This document shows positions 41,868 through 53,130 of a stretch of DNA of 64,000 nt, in pieces. A program made the position numbers and the translations under genes. The notes beneath the pieces were generated by a model. It saw only the letters and a program-made list of their open reading frames with translations, ran no database searches and was not told the origin of the DNA. Source of the DNA: an uncultured Gammaproteobacteria bacterium (GTDB lineage Bacteria > Patescibacteriota > Patescibacteriia > Magasanikbacterales > GWA2-37-8); contig CAZHTA010000002.1 of the NCBI GenBank assembly GCA_964535515.1, forward strand, positions 684 through 64,683, in the 5' to 3' direction. Within the stretch, counting starts at the first letter, position 1; the number at the start of each line of letters is the position of its first letter.

Positions 41868-43802
41868 ATGGCTAAAGAAACCCCTTCTTTTTTTACTCAA
41901 CCTTTACCCGAAGAACCCGCTAAACCAAAACGACGGGTAGTACGTAAAAAACCCACCACTCCAACTACAACACGCCCACGCCGTTCTTTTGTAACAAAAG
42001 AACAGGCTATTAACACCCAAAAAATTAACCAACAATTAAACAGTATTTATCGTGATGAAAGTGGTAAAATTCCTGATATGAGCAGAATCAAAATCAAAAA
42101 AGAAGGGTCAGCATTTAAAAAGTTTTTCATATTCCTAATCGTAGTCGGACTCTTGGCAGCGGCAGCTTGGACTGGTTTTTTCATGATGCCAAAAAAGAAT
42201 TTATCCGGAGAACAAGTCACTGTCACTGTTGAAGGACCAGAAAATGTTGTCTTTGGCGCCACTACTACCTATGATCTCGTAATTTCTAACCAACAAAAAG
42301 TGGGAATAAAAAACATTAACCTGACCATCCGCTATCCGGAAAGTTTTGTTTTTGCTACTAGTTCAATTACCCCTACTAACCAAGGTAATAGTGAATGGAA
42401 CTTGGGTGATCTGGCAGGAAGTAAAAACAAAAAACTACAAATTAGTGGCATTTACTATGGTGCTCTAAACCAAGATCAATCCTGGAGGGTGTCAGCTCGT
42501 TACAAACCAGAAAATTTTAATTCCGAAATGCAGCGCAGCACGGTTAAAACCACCCGCATCACCCGCTCCCCTTTTACTTTAACTGTCACTGGCCCAGATA
42601 AGATAGCGATTGGAAACGAGGTAGAATATACTGTCACTTTAGAAGATCGCGAGGGTAAAGCCGGACAAAAGTTTGTTGTTCAAAACGAATGGCCAAATAA
42701 TTTCTATCCAACTTCTTCTACTCCTGCTTTAGAAAAAAACAACAGCTGGGGTTTTGCCTATGCTCCACCTACTTCTACCACAACTTTAGTATTACCAATT
42801 AAACAAGAATTTAAGGTTATCGGCAAATTTAGTGACAGCGAGCAAAAAGACGCTTCCCTAAAATCTTCCCTGCTCTTTGTATACAACAAAACAAATTACA
42901 AAATCGGTGAAACCTCAATCACAACTGAATTAATTAAAAACTCCGTTTCCCTTCAAATGGCAATCAACGGATCATTAGAAAAAATTTCCACTCGTCCAGG
43001 TGAAGGACTAAACGTAACTGTTTCAGCAAAAAATGAAAGTAAAGAAAAATTAACCAAAGCAACAGTCAGTGTATATTTTGATGCCCCCGCTTACCAAAAA
43101 GCAAGCGTGCTTGATTGGGCAAAAATTACTGACAAACTAGACGGCGACGTGGTTGGTAAACAAATATCTGATACTATCCGCCAAGGAAAAATCACTTGGA
43201 ACAGTTCTAAATTAAGCACTCTAGGTAGTTGGAAAACTGACCAAGAAGTACAATTTGAATTCCAGGTACCACTTAAAGATATTAAGACTGTTGATTGGAG
43301 CGCAGTTAAAGAAAACAAAATCATTGCTACACCAGAAATTGTATTTACCGACTCTGCTGGCGCTGTTCAGATCATTACCGGTAAGCCGTTAGAGATAACA
43401 ATCAACTCTGACCTTGGTTTGGAAGTTAGAGACGAAATTGAAAACTCTGCTGGAAAAGAAATACATAATATTACCTGGGTAATCAACAATACTGTCCACC
43501 CCCTTAAAAATATCACCCTAAGTGCTGACCTATATGGTGACATCACTGTTACCGAGCCAATAGTTGCTCCGGCTGGCAAAGTTACTTATGACCAAAAAGA
43601 AAAAAGATTGACCTGGGAAATACCCCAGATGGGAAGTGAGACCGACGTCTTAGCGCTCCCCTTCACAATTACACTTAACAAGAAAAACCCTACTCAAAAT
43701 CTCTTAGTTAGCAAAGTCCGAGTTCAAGCTGAAGACGCAACCACTAACGAAACACTAGATTTAATGGGTGAAGAAGTACCATTGATAACAGAACAGCTAT
43801 AA
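41868..43802 (+). CDS. Hypothetical single-TM protein with Ig-like repeats
   Basis: 644 aa, one TM, repeated beta-rich V..P..V..G...Y modules. Confidence 0.75.
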   Translation: MAKETPSFFTQPLPEEPAKPKRRVVRKKPTTPTTTRPRRSFVTKEQAINTQKINQQLNSIYRDESGKIPDMSRIKIKKEGSAFKKFFIFLIVVGLLAAAAWTGFFMMPKKNLSGEQVTVTVEGPENVVFGATTTYDLVISNQQKVGIKNINLTIRYPESFVFATSSITPTNQGNSEWNLGDLAGSKNKKLQISGIYYGALNQDQSWRVSARYKPENFNSEMQRSTVKTTRITRSPFTLTVTGPDKIAIGNEVEYTVTLEDREGKAGQKFVVQNEWPNNFYPTSSTPALEKNNSWGFAYAPPTSTTTLVLPIKQEFKVIGKFSDSEQKDASLKSSLLFVYNKTNYKIGETSITTELIKNSVSLQMAINGSLEKISTRPGEGLNVTVSAKNESKEKLTKATVSVYFDAPAYQKASVLDWAKITDKLDGDVVGKQISDTIRQGKITWNSSKLSTLGSWKTDQEVQFEFQVPLKDIKTVDWSAVKENKIIATPEIVFTDSAGAVQIITGKPLEITINSDLGLEVRDEIENSAGKEIHNITWVINNTVHPLKNITLSADLYGDITVTEPIVAPAGKVTYDQKEKRLTWEIPQMGSETDVLALPFTITLNKKNPTQNLLVSKVRVQAEDATTNETLDLMGEEVPLITEQL

Positions 43803-43925
43803 AGCAAAATCCTCCGAAAAACGGAGGATTTTTTTATATTTAAAAATCGCTTAGAAACAACTTACCACCAGCTGAAAGCCGGTGGTAAGAGTTGGCGTTA
43901 AAGGTTTAACCCTCTAGCATCACAA
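43803..43925 (-). ncRNA. Candidate small RNA (~120 nt)
   Basis: Near-consensus promoter TTGACA-17-TGa-TATACT (43959-43931), no ORF, 12-bp hairpin 43861-43889, terminator 43806-43835. Confidence 0.5.
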
Positions 43926-43973
43926 TTACTAGTATATCACAAAATATCAATTTTGTCAAGTTTTTTGGCCAAA

Positions 43974-45338
43974 TTATGCTAAAATTACTTGTTCTACTTC
44001 TTTTGTTTTTTCAACTAACAACTCCTTAAACCGAGTTTCTAAATTAAGCCGCAATAACGGCTCGGTATTGCTCCCTCGCACATTAAACCACCAATCTTGG
44101 TAAGTAAAAGTTAAACCATCCAAATCATTAACTACTGCATCACCATATTTTTCTTTTAAACGAGCAAAGGCAGACGCCTTGTCTTCGACGGTATAGTTAA
44201 TCTCACCCGAATGAAAATATTTTCGTAACGGCTTAACATATTCTGCCGCTACTAAACCTGATTCCGACAACTCTTGCAAAAAGTCTGCCACTACAACAAG
44301 TGGCGCCTCAAAAGTACCATAAGGAAATTGTACAAAAAAATGACCAGAAGATTCTCCACCAAAAACTGCGCCAGTTTTTAACATTTGTTCTTTTATTAAA
44401 GAATGCCCAACACGTGTAACCGATGGCTTACCACCACCCTCTAAAATCAAATCTTCAGTTATCTTCCCGGGACGAATGTCATAACAAATCACTGCCCCAG
44501 GATTAGTACGCAAAAATATTCTGGCCATAATCCCCCGAACCATTGCTGGCTCAACCAACTCGCCTTCATTATCAATAAAAAATATCCGATCACCATCACC
44601 ATCAGTCGCAATACCAAGATCAGCTTTTTCTACTCTTACTCTTTCCTTTAAATCTTTAATATTCTCTTCTTGAAATGGATCAGGCTGATGACTAGGGAAG
44701 CTACCATCCAACTCATTGTTCATTTTTATCACCTCAATTTGGGGCAACAAAGAAAAAAATGGTTCAAGATACGTAATTCCCATAGAATTGGCAGTATCCA
44801 AGACAACCTTAAACGGTTTAATTTTAGAAAAATCCGCCCACTTTTTAATAGTTTCCACCTCTTCTTTACCAATATCATTATGTTCCGTCACTTTTCCTTT
44901 TATTGTTACTTCTACCAAGGTATTTGCTCGTACTAATTCCTTTAACTCTTCCATTCCCATTCCCTTACCAACTGGCTTTGACCCATCTCGTACCAATTTT
45001 AACCCATTGTATTCCTTCGGATTATGTGAAGCTGTCACCAATATGCCACCGTCATATTTAAAATATGCCACAGCAAAGTAAAAAGTTGGGGTAGAAGACA
45101 AACCAATATCAACTACATCTCCCCCTTGATCAACTATCCCATTTTTTAAGGCTAAAAAAAGTGGCGGCGAGGAAAGACGCATATCGTGCCCTACCACCAA
45201 CTTAACATCCTGTCTCCCTATCTCTTTTTGACGCATCGAAACAAACGCGCGACCGACTCGATAGGCCAAATCCTCGTCTAATTCACTGGGGTATAACCCA
45301 CGAATATCATAGGCCTTAAAAATGTTCTCAGGAAACAT
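43974..45338 (-). CDS. Phosphomannomutase/phosphoglucomutase
   Basis: FKAYDIRG, TASHNP, DGDGDR, GESSGH, RGSNTEP. Confidence 0.94.
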   Translation of the reverse strand: MFPENIFKAYDIRGLYPSELDEDLAYRVGRAFVSMRQKEIGRQDVKLVVGHDMRLSSPPLFLALKNGIVDQGGDVVDIGLSSTPTFYFAVAYFKYDGGILVTASHNPKEYNGLKLVRDGSKPVGKGMGMEELKELVRANTLVEVTIKGKVTEHNDIGKEEVETIKKWADFSKIKPFKVVLDTANSMGITYLEPFFSLLPQIEVIKMNNELDGSFPSHQPDPFQEENIKDLKERVRVEKADLGIATDGDGDRIFFIDNEGELVEPAMVRGIMARIFLRTNPGAVICYDIRPGKITEDLILEGGGKPSVTRVGHSLIKEQMLKTGAVFGGESSGHFFVQFPYGTFEAPLVVVADFLQELSESGLVAAEYVKPLRKYFHSGEINYTVEDKASAFARLKEKYGDAVVNDLDGLTFTYQDWWFNVRGSNTEPLLRLNLETRFKELLVEKTKEVEQVILA

Positions 45339-45430
45339 AAAAATATTGAATTTTAAGATAAAATTAGCTTTGACGGACAGCTAAAAACATTATATAATAC
45401 AATCGCCTTGTAGGCAAACTTTTTTCGTAT

Positions 45431-47926
45431 ATGAATATTTTAGATCGCTTCTCCACTCACTTAAAAAACACCATAACTAAGGCCATAAAAGTGGCCACGG
45501 ATTTAAAAAACCCAAGTGTTGAACCAATCCACTTACTGTATGTTTTGTTTGGTGAAAAAGGGTCGGTCGGAACAGAAGTTTTAACCCGTTTAAAAATTGG
45601 CCAACGCGAAACCGAGAATATCATCCTCACCCTACCAATCGAACCCGACGCAAAGGTGCAAGAGCCACCAACTATTGTAATTCCCCCACTTTCAACTTTA
45701 ACTAGAAGTGCCTTAGAAAAAGCCATGCTCGTAGCAGAAGAAAATCGCCACAATTACGTCGGCACCGAGCACCTTCTCTATGCCCTAGTTAACCTAGGTG
45801 ATCAAAATATTTTAACCCTCCTAAAAAACTGTCACATTAAATTAGAAGAGGTTAACAAACAACTTGAAACCGTAATTAACAACGCCACCCAATTCCCTGA
45901 AATTACCGAAGCCATGGACGTCTTAGATAAATTTGCTGGAAATTTAGATAGCCAAGAAAACACAAGCCCTGCTCCCCAGAAAAACAAAAAGAACAATCGA
46001 AACAAAGAAACTGCTCTAGATTTTTTTGCTACCAATCTAACTACCAAAGAAAATCAAAAAAATATCGACCCGGTAATCGGTCGAGAAAAAGAAATCGAAC
46101 GGGTAATTCAAATAATCTGCCGCCGCACTAAAAACAACCCAGTATTACTTGGTGATCCTGGTGTTGGTAAAACTGCCATTATCGAAGGATTAGCCCGCCG
46201 TATCACCCTAGGCGAAGTTCCAGACTTACTACTCAACAAAAAAATATATTCCCTTGATATGGGCCTGCTTATCGCCGGTACAATCTATCGCGGTGAATTT
46301 GAAGGCCGGCTTAAGCAAGTAATCGATGAAGTAATACAAGATCCAAACATTATTCTTTTTATCGATGAGATACACAATATTGTTGGTGCTGGTTCTAATC
46401 AAGGTACGATGGACGCGGCCAATATCCTAAAACCCGTATTAGCCCGTGGCCAAATTCGTTGTATTGGCGCGACCACTCCCGGTGAATTTAAAAAACATAT
46501 TGAGAATGATGCTGCTCTAGAACGTCGTTTCCAAGCAGTCATGGTAAAAGAACCATCACCGGAAGAAACAATACAAATCATTGAAGGAATAAAGAAAAAT
46601 TACGAACTCTATCACCTTATCAAAATCGAACCCGATGCAATCGAAGCGGCCGTACGTTTGTCTATCCGACACATTGCCAACAAATTCTTGCCTGATAAGG
46701 CGATCGACTTAATCGACGAAACATCAGCTGCTAAAAGGATAAAATTAAAACCACTGGCCTGGCAGAATAAACTAATGCACCTACGTCAAAAACTAGAAAA
46801 AACAATACGGGACAAAGAAAACGCTGCGCGAACAGACAAATTTGACGACGCAGTAAAATACAAAAAAGAAGAAGAGGAAATCAAAAAAGAAATTAAACTA
46901 TTAGAAAAGAAAGCGGAAGAAAAACAGCCGAAAATGATTGGCTCAATTAACGCCCAAGATATTGCTGAGCAGCTATCTAAAATTACTGGTGCTAAATTAA
47001 ACGACCTTAACAAAGAAGAAAAAATCTCAATCGCCGACAAATTAAAAATGCAAATTATCGGCCAAGACGAAACCATTAGTAGTGTGGCCAAGCAAATTCG
47101 CCGAGCAGAACTAGAGCTATCACACCCCGACCGACCACTCGCCTCTTTCCTCTTCGTTGGTCAAAGCGGTGTGGGAAAAACTGAACTGGCTAAAGCCCTG
47201 GCTGAGACCCTCTATCCCGGTCGTGATGCCCTCATTAAATTAGACATGAGCGAATTTAATGAGGCCTTTGGGGTATCTAAATTACTTGGTTCACCAGCTG
47301 GATATATTGGCTATCGTGAATCAAACCAATTTACTGACAAACTCAAATTAAATCCTTACTCAGTAATATTATTTGACGAAATTGATAAAGCCCACAAAGA
47401 TGTAACTAAACTACTACTACAAATTTTAGAAAATGGCGAAATTACCGATTCTACCGGCAAGAAAATTTCTTTAAGACATGGTATAATAATACTAACAACT
47501 ACTGTCGGAGCCGAAGAGCTAAGTCGGGGAAATTTTGGTTTTAATGAAATTAACAACCTGACAAAAGAAAAATTAAATAAGGTTACCGAAGCACTCAAAC
47601 AACATTTTAGTCCGGAGGTGATAAACCGCCTTGATCAAATTTGTTTATTTAACTCCTTAACACCAAAAGATTTAGTAAAAATTGCTGAATTAGAAATCAA
47701 CCGCCTTAATACTCGCCTCTTGCATTACCAAACTAATGTGGTTGCTAAAGAAGAAATACTAAAGAAACTACTAGAACAACTACCAAAAGAAAAAAACAGT
47801 GCTCGAGACTTACGACGTGAAGTTCGTGGGCAGATTGAAGAATTGATTGCTGAAGAAATAATGAAAGAAAAAGTAAAAAGTAAATATCAGTTAACTTTTA
47901 AAGATAACCAGTTAGCTTTAAAATAA
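45431..47926 (+). CDS. clpC: ATP-dependent Clp protease ATP-binding subunit
   Basis: Clp-N repeats, [11 protein letters not shown] coiled coil, [12 protein letters not shown]. Confidence 0.92.
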   Translation: MNILDRFSTHLKNTITKAIKVATDLKNPSVEPIHLLYVLFGEKGSVGTEVLTRLKIGQRETENIILTLPIEPDAKVQEPPTIVIPPLSTLTRSALEKAMLVAEENRHNYVGTEHLLYALVNLGDQNILTLLKNCHIKLEEVNKQLETVINNATQFPEITEAMDVLDKFAGNLDSQENTSPAPQKNKKNNRNKETALDFFATNLTTKENQKNIDPVIGREKEIERVIQIICRRTKNNPVLLGDPGVGKTAIIEGLARRITLGEVPDLLLNKKIYSLDMGLLIAGTIYRGEFEGRLKQVIDEVIQDPNIILFIDEIHNIVGAGSNQGTMDAANILKPVLARGQIRCIGATTPGEFKKHIENDAALERRFQAVMVKEPSPEETIQIIEGIKKNYELYHLIKIEPDAIEAAVRLSIRHIANKFLPDKAIDLIDETSAAKRIKLKPLAWQNKLMHLRQKLEKTIRDKENAARTDKFDDAVKYKKEEEEIKKEIKLLEKKAEEKQPKMIGSINAQDIAEQLSKITGAKLNDLNKEEKISIADKLKMQIIGQDETISSVAKQIRRAELELSHPDRPLASFLFVGQSGVGKTELAKALAETLYPGRDALIKLDMSEFNEAFGVSKLLGSPAGYIGYRESNQFTDKLKLNPYSVILFDEIDKAHKDVTKLLLQILENGEITDSTGKKISLRHGIIILTTTVGAEELSRGNFGFNEINNLTKEKLNKVTEALKQHFSPEVINRLDQICLFNSLTPKDLVKIAELEINRLNTRLLHYQTNVVAKEEILKKLLEQLPKEKNSARDLRREVRGQIEELIAEEIMKEKVKSKYQLTFKDNQLALK

Positions 47927-47927
47927 T

Positions 47928-49595
47928 ATGCCGGACGAATCGGCACCGGTGCCAACACAACCAACACCCGTGCCAGCCGACAACAACCAAAAACCAGAAA
48001 CAATAAACTTACCAATCGAAGGTAATGTTGTTAGTGCTATAGGAACCGGCGGAGCAACGGCTAAATTAGAAAATGGCAAGGTAAATATTAAATTTGATCT
48101 TCCAAAAGAAGTTAAGCCAACTACCACACAACCAACAAACAAAACAACAGATGAGCCCGAGGCACCCGCCTCAGAAGAAATAGCCACTGGCGGTGATGAC
48201 GAAACAGAAACCCCGCCTAATGCTCCAACAACTAATACAGAACCTACCCCACCACCCCCTCCTTTGCCAGCTCCAGAAAAAACAGGACAACCAACGGATG
48301 AACAAAATACACCGGCTAAGCCATTAGCACCACTACCTTCATCACCTGCTCCAGAACCAGGTACCCCAACTACTGAAAAAGCACCTCAAGGAACACCTAA
48401 CCAAAACGATCAAACTCCACCACCAACCAGTGATGCTTCTTTGCCACCACCAGGCGGACAAACACCAAACAGCGAAGAAGGTGCTCCTCCTACTAACCCA
48501 AATGAACCAACGCAACCAGTTCCTGGACAAGGACAGCCACCAACACCAGGTGCACAACCACCAGGCACGCCAACCACTCCAAATCCAACCAAACCAGGAA
48601 ACCCGGTTACTGGGGGTTTAAAAAATGCTCAAGCCTTAGCCAGAGGCGCCAAGAAAGGTCTTGGCGGTGCAAAGAAGCTTGCTGGCGGCGCAAAAAATTT
48701 AGTAACCAAACCAAAAGAAACAATGAAAAAAGCTGGCCAAAAATTGGCTAATGCTGGAAAAGATGGTTTAAATAAAATGGGCGCAGCAGCAAAACAAGGA
48801 GTTAAAAACAAAGCTTCTGATCTTGCTAATAGTTTGCGTACAACAAAATCAAAAAAAAGAAGACTACTTAAAGATATAGACAAGATTTCAAAAGAAATCA
48901 CTGCGCTTCAGGGCGGTCTTGATAACCTAAAATCATCTCATGCTCTAATGCTGCTTAAATTCTTCTTCCCAGGACTGTATAGCAAGATAGCTGGAATAAC
49001 AGAAATAAAAGGAAACGTTTCACAAAAAGCAAAAGTAAAAGCTCTCGGCGCACAACTAACCGCTCTTAAAACAGCTAGAGGGGCACTACAATCAGCGCGA
49101 TCGGCCGCAGCGGTATTAGATGCTTTAGTACTTTTGGTAGAAATGATAACATCAACACTAGGAACTGTAATATTCCCAATTTTAATAATATTGTTATCAC
49201 CATTAATCGTCCTAGCGCTAACGATAGTATTTTTTGCAGTTGGTGGAACATTTTCCCGAGCTTTTAAACAACTAGTAAGCCAGATTAGCAAACTAATCGA
49301 ACCGCTAGAAAAAACATTGGATAAGGAAAAGAATATATTGGGGAAGATGGAAACGAAAAAAGGTAAACGAGCAGAATTAGAAAACCTAGATAAAGAAGAG
49401 GCTCAACAACAAAAACCACAACAACAACCACCTCCTGGACAACAACCCACTCCAGCACAACCACAACCAGATACTGTTCCTCCACAACCCTCTCCTAGTG
49501 CTCAACCCACACCACCGCAGCCCGCTTCTGAACAATCACCCGGACCACAAGCACAACCAACGCCGCCAGCAGAAAACAATCCTTCAACTACATAA
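47928..49595 (+). CDS. Pro/Gln-rich protein with coiled coils and a hydrophobic hairpin
   Basis: Low-complexity P/T/Q termini; central helical and TM segment. Confidence 0.75.
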   Translation: MPDESAPVPTQPTPVPADNNQKPETINLPIEGNVVSAIGTGGATAKLENGKVNIKFDLPKEVKPTTTQPTNKTTDEPEAPASEEIATGGDDETETPPNAPTTNTEPTPPPPPLPAPEKTGQPTDEQNTPAKPLAPLPSSPAPEPGTPTTEKAPQGTPNQNDQTPPPTSDASLPPPGGQTPNSEEGAPPTNPNEPTQPVPGQGQPPTPGAQPPGTPTTPNPTKPGNPVTGGLKNAQALARGAKKGLGGAKKLAGGAKNLVTKPKETMKKAGQKLANAGKDGLNKMGAAAKQGVKNKASDLANSLRTTKSKKRRLLKDIDKISKEITALQGGLDNLKSSHALMLLKFFFPGLYSKIAGITEIKGNVSQKAKVKALGAQLTALKTARGALQSARSAAAVLDALVLLVEMITSTLGTVIFPILIILLSPLIVLALTIVFFAVGGTFSRAFKQLVSQISKLIEPLEKTLDKEKNILGKMETKKGKRAELENLDKEEAQQQKPQQQPPPGQQPTPAQPQPDTVPPQPSPSAQPTPPQPASEQSPGPQAQPTPPAENNPSTT

Positions 49596-49621
49596 ACTAT
49601 ACTAAAAAATAACAAAAACAT

Positions 49622-50857
49622 ATGTCCCCAAACCTAAAACGTATTCTCTTAATCATCGGCTTGCTCGTTGTGACCGCGCTCATTGGCTTCGGCCTCTATA
49701 CCATGTTTAAGCGCAGCGCACCCGGAAGAGTAACACCTGGACAAATTGCTACAACTACACCAGGTAGATTACCAGCTGCTGGCGAAAGATTACCTGACGC
49801 CACCACCACCCCTGGCGTTTTAGTTCCTGGCGGACAAGTGTTACCAACTGCCGGATATATCCCCCAAACAACTCCGGGGTATTACAAACCAACACCAGTA
49901 ACCAAAGTAACTTCTGACTATGCCACCTTCCCTTCTTTAAGCAAAGGTGGAATATTACGCTATCACAATGCTGCTGATGGCAAATTCTATCGTGTTTCAT
50001 CAGACGGGACAATCAGAGAATTAACTGACCAAATATTTTACAACGTACAAAAAGTTACCTGGGCAAATACTAAAGACGAAGCTGTCCTAGAATACCCCGA
50101 TGGTGCAAAAACTATCTACAATTTTGAAACAAAAACACAAGTGTCAATTCCCAAACACTGGGAAGAGTTTTCCTTTTCTCCTGATAGCAACGAATTGGCA
50201 GCTAAAAGTGTTGGTCTCTCACCAGAGAATCGCTGGCTAATTACTTTTAATGATGATGGCACAGGCACAAAATTAATTGAACCAATGGGTAACAACGCTG
50301 ACAAAGTACAAGTAAGCTGGTCGCCAAGTCGCCAAGTTGTCGCCTTCTCTCAAACCGGTGAACCTTTAGGAGCAGATCGTAAAGAAATTTTGTTTGTTGG
50401 TTTAAATGGTGAAAACTTTAAATCCACAGTAGTAGAAGGAAATGATTTCCGCCCTCAATGGTCACCTACTGGCAACCGTCTTCTTTATAGTGTCTACAGT
50501 GCTAGAAGTAACTACCAACCAGAACTCTGGGTGGTTGACGCCTATGGCGAAGATATCGGATCGAATCGTCAGATGTTAAAAATTAACACCTGGGCAGACA
50601 AGTGTGCTTTCCAAAATAACACTACCATATATTGTGCAGTACCACGCGACCTACCAGAAGGATCAGGCATGCTGCCAGAGTTAGCCGCTGGAACATATGA
50701 TGATTTTTACAAGATCGACTTAAAAACTGGATTAAAAACTGGTATACCATTAGGTGGAGATTATGAGATTGCGAATGTTTCTTTTGACACTGCGGGTGAA
50801 AAAGTATTTTTTACTGCCAAAAGTCAAACTGGTATTTTTGAAGTAAAATTAAAGTAA
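49622..50857 (+). CDS. TM-anchored TolB-like beta-propeller protein
   Basis: Repeated FSPD/WSPS/WSPT motifs. Confidence 0.78.
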   Translation: MSPNLKRILLIIGLLVVTALIGFGLYTMFKRSAPGRVTPGQIATTTPGRLPAAGERLPDATTTPGVLVPGGQVLPTAGYIPQTTPGYYKPTPVTKVTSDYATFPSLSKGGILRYHNAADGKFYRVSSDGTIRELTDQIFYNVQKVTWANTKDEAVLEYPDGAKTIYNFETKTQVSIPKHWEEFSFSPDSNELAAKSVGLSPENRWLITFNDDGTGTKLIEPMGNNADKVQVSWSPSRQVVAFSQTGEPLGADRKEILFVGLNGENFKSTVVEGNDFRPQWSPTGNRLLYSVYSARSNYQPELWVVDAYGEDIGSNRQMLKINTWADKCAFQNNTTIYCAVPRDLPEGSGMLPELAAGTYDDFYKIDLKTGLKTGIPLGGDYEIANVSFDTAGEKVFFTAKSQTGIFEVKLK

Positions 50858-50865
50858 AAAAATAT

Positions 50866-51519
50866 ATGGAACATTCAAAAAAATTCTATCTCATATTCGG
50901 ACTAGCGGTATTATTGTTCGCTAGTATTTTTGCTTGGCAAGTAAGAAAAACAATGAATATTGATGTTACTCAAAATACCGAACCACTAATTAGTGAACAG
51001 ATATATAACATATCAATAACCGATGAGGAGACCCCCCTAGGTAATCCTGGGGCAGCAATTACAATTACAGAATATTTAGATTTAAATTGTTCTGATTGTG
51101 TAAACAAATACAACGAAATCAACAAAATTGTTAATGACAACCCAACTAAGTTAAGATTGTTTTTAAAACTAGCTGATACTAGTGGGTTGTTTTCGCACGA
51201 CTCTACCTACGCCAACACTGCCGCCTATTGTGCTAACCAACAAAAACGTTACTGGCCATTTTTAGATTCTCTGATGAGTAAAGAAAAACGCTGGAGCGAG
51301 GATTCACTTAATGCCGCAGCGGGTGAAGCAAAGATAAACCTAACAGCTTGGAATCGTTGTCGCGAAAACGATAATACCGTAGCTGCTGTAAACCTGTCTT
51401 TACAACTAGCCAAAGATTTAGGTGTTACTATTTCACCAACAATATTTGTTAACAACAAACGAATTGATCCAAAAGCAGAAATCAGCTTGACGGAGATAAT
51501 CAACAAATTTATTGAGTAA
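50866..51519 (+). CDS. DsbA-like thioredoxin-fold protein (CSDC)
   Basis: LGNPGA.ITITEYLDLNCSDC, GVTISPTIFVN. Confidence 0.85.
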   Translation: MEHSKKFYLIFGLAVLLFASIFAWQVRKTMNIDVTQNTEPLISEQIYNISITDEETPLGNPGAAITITEYLDLNCSDCVNKYNEINKIVNDNPTKLRLFLKLADTSGLFSHDSTYANTAAYCANQQKRYWPFLDSLMSKEKRWSEDSLNAAAGEAKINLTAWNRCRENDNTVAAVNLSLQLAKDLGVTISPTIFVNNKRIDPKAEISLTEIINKFIE

Positions 51520-51559
51520 ACAATTATTTTAAACTAACACACATCGACTACTAAAAAAT

Positions 51560-53125
51560 ATGGTAAAAAAAATAAGACTAAAAATTCTCCTAATTGGATT
51601 AACTGCCGTCTTATTGTTTTTGCCACAAACCACTCTTTTCGCCGCTACTAAAAGTCACATTGGCGATCCTTGTATAAACGATATCACTAATGCTGATTGC
51701 GAAGTTGATGGTGCGGATTTAGATTGTGAAAAAAGTAATAAAAAAGACGCTACAAAATATTGCACTGCAAACAGTGACTCCGACTGCATTGCTGAATACG
51801 GTACCCCCGCCAAAGGAAGTTGGGTGCGCAGTAGTGGAACAGATTATACTTATAATCTTGCCTATTGTTATAACTCCGCCACTAAAGAAGTAAAAACCGC
51901 CGCTGGAATAAACACCGACGTCAGCCCAATAGGCAACTTAGTGGGCGCTGTATTTGATTCCCCCGCTACTCAGGCTGCATTATTAGAAGAAGTAAAATCT
52001 TTTAAACCAGGATTAGAAATTCGTTTGCCCGGTTTAACATTTAGTGACCTATCTAACACTATCGACGAGGAAGGATACCTTCATATCCCTTGGATTGGCG
52101 AGTTTATCAAAGCCCTATACAATTTTGGCTTAGTAATTGTTAGTATCGTGGCAGTGGTGATGATCATAATGCAAGGAGCAAAGATTGTTGTTTCGGGTGG
52201 AGAATCAAAGGTAGAGGGATACAAAAAGATTGGACAAATAGCAATTGGTTTGGTTATTGCTTGGGGATCGTATGCCATACTCTATACTATCAATCCAGCG
52301 TTGGTTGAATTTGAGAGCTTGAAAGTTCGCTATATCCAACCAGACAAATTAGAACAATATAATGAATATGTTAACCCATCCGATGCTAGCCCGATTATAA
52401 CTGGCGGAGCATCCACTTTTGGCGCTAATGGTATTCCTGATTTTAAACAATGCGACTCACGTTGGAAAGATTTACCTTACGATGGTGTATACAAAGGGAA
52501 AAAACTAGGATGTTTTAGACAAGTAAAAAACAAAAAAAACCAATATGAAGGCTCGATCTGTACCAGTGGTTGTGGCGTCACTTCTTTAGCTGATGTATTG
52601 GTATATTATGGCTACAGTAATATTACCCCAGTAGACACAGCCCGATATGCCGTAGAAATTGGCGCACGGTCTGGTTGTAATGGCTCAATCGGATCATTGC
52701 TTTGCAATAAAATCGCTACTAAGTGGCCTGACCTCAAATGCAACAACATCAATCCCCAAAAAGAAATAAGCAAAATAGTTTCGCTGCTGCGAGAAAAAAA
52801 ACCCGTAGTATTTTCCTGCCACGATTGTCACGGCTTCACCAAAACCGAACAAGACATCACCTTTGAGGCACACTACCTGGTATTAACCGGAGTAGACGAT
52901 AGTGGTAACTGGTTTTCAGTAAATGATCCAGGAAGGCAAAGTGGAATGGTAAGAATATCCGCTAAGGAATTCGCTGAAGGAAGAGTGGCAACTACTTTCG
53001 CAGTAGAAAAAAAAGACGGCAGCACTGCAAATACTACTAATGGTGAATGTGTTACAATAAGTGCAACATTTAGCGCCACCCAAGCTGACTGCTTAGCACA
53101 AGACGGCACTTGGCAACCACAATAA
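51560..53125 (+). CDS. Cys-rich VirB2-like pilin fused to a C39-like cysteine peptidase
   Basis: Signal peptide, pilin hairpin, KQCDSRW..SGCGVTSLA..HYLVLTG..VNDP. Confidence 0.8.
   Translation: MVKKIRLKILLIGLTAVLLFLPQTTLFAATKSHIGDPCINDITNADCEVDGADLDCEKSNKKDATKYCTANSDSDCIAEYGTPAKGSWVRSSGTDYTYNLAYCYNSATKEVKTAAGINTDVSPIGNLVGAVFDSPATQAALLEEVKSFKPGLEIRLPGLTFSDLSNTIDEEGYLHIPWIGEFIKALYNFGLVIVSIVAVVMIIMQGAKIVVSGGESKVEGYKKIGQIAIGLVIAWGSYAILYTINPALVEFESLKVRYIQPDKLEQYNEYVNPSDASPIITGGASTFGANGIPDFKQCDSRWKDLPYDGVYKGKKLGCFRQVKNKKNQYEGSICTSGCGVTSLADVLVYYGYSNITPVDTARYAVEIGARSGCNGSIGSLLCNKIATKWPDLKCNNINPQKEISKIVSLLREKKPVVFSCHDCHGFTKTEQDITFEAHYLVLTGVDDSGNWFSVNDPGRQSGMVRISAKEFAEGRVATTFAVEKKDGSTANTTNGECVTISATFSATQADCLAQDGTWQPQ
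51989..52324 (+). repeat. Pilin-core repeat copy 1 (paralogue of 53710-54045)
   Basis: About 336-bp highly similar DNA, including identical runs such as GGAGAATCAAAGGTAGAGGGATACAAAAAGATTGGACAAAT. Confidence 0.9.
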
Positions 53126-53130
53126 TTATT

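Noticed and set aside
43861-43889. IS200/IS605-type end hairpin
   Set aside because: Superficial resemblance only; single copy, no tnpA/tnpB/iscB nearby.
47928-49595. CCA/CAA-rich stretches as tandem DNA repeats
   Set aside because: Reflect Pro/Gln/Thr codons; no regular repeat unit.
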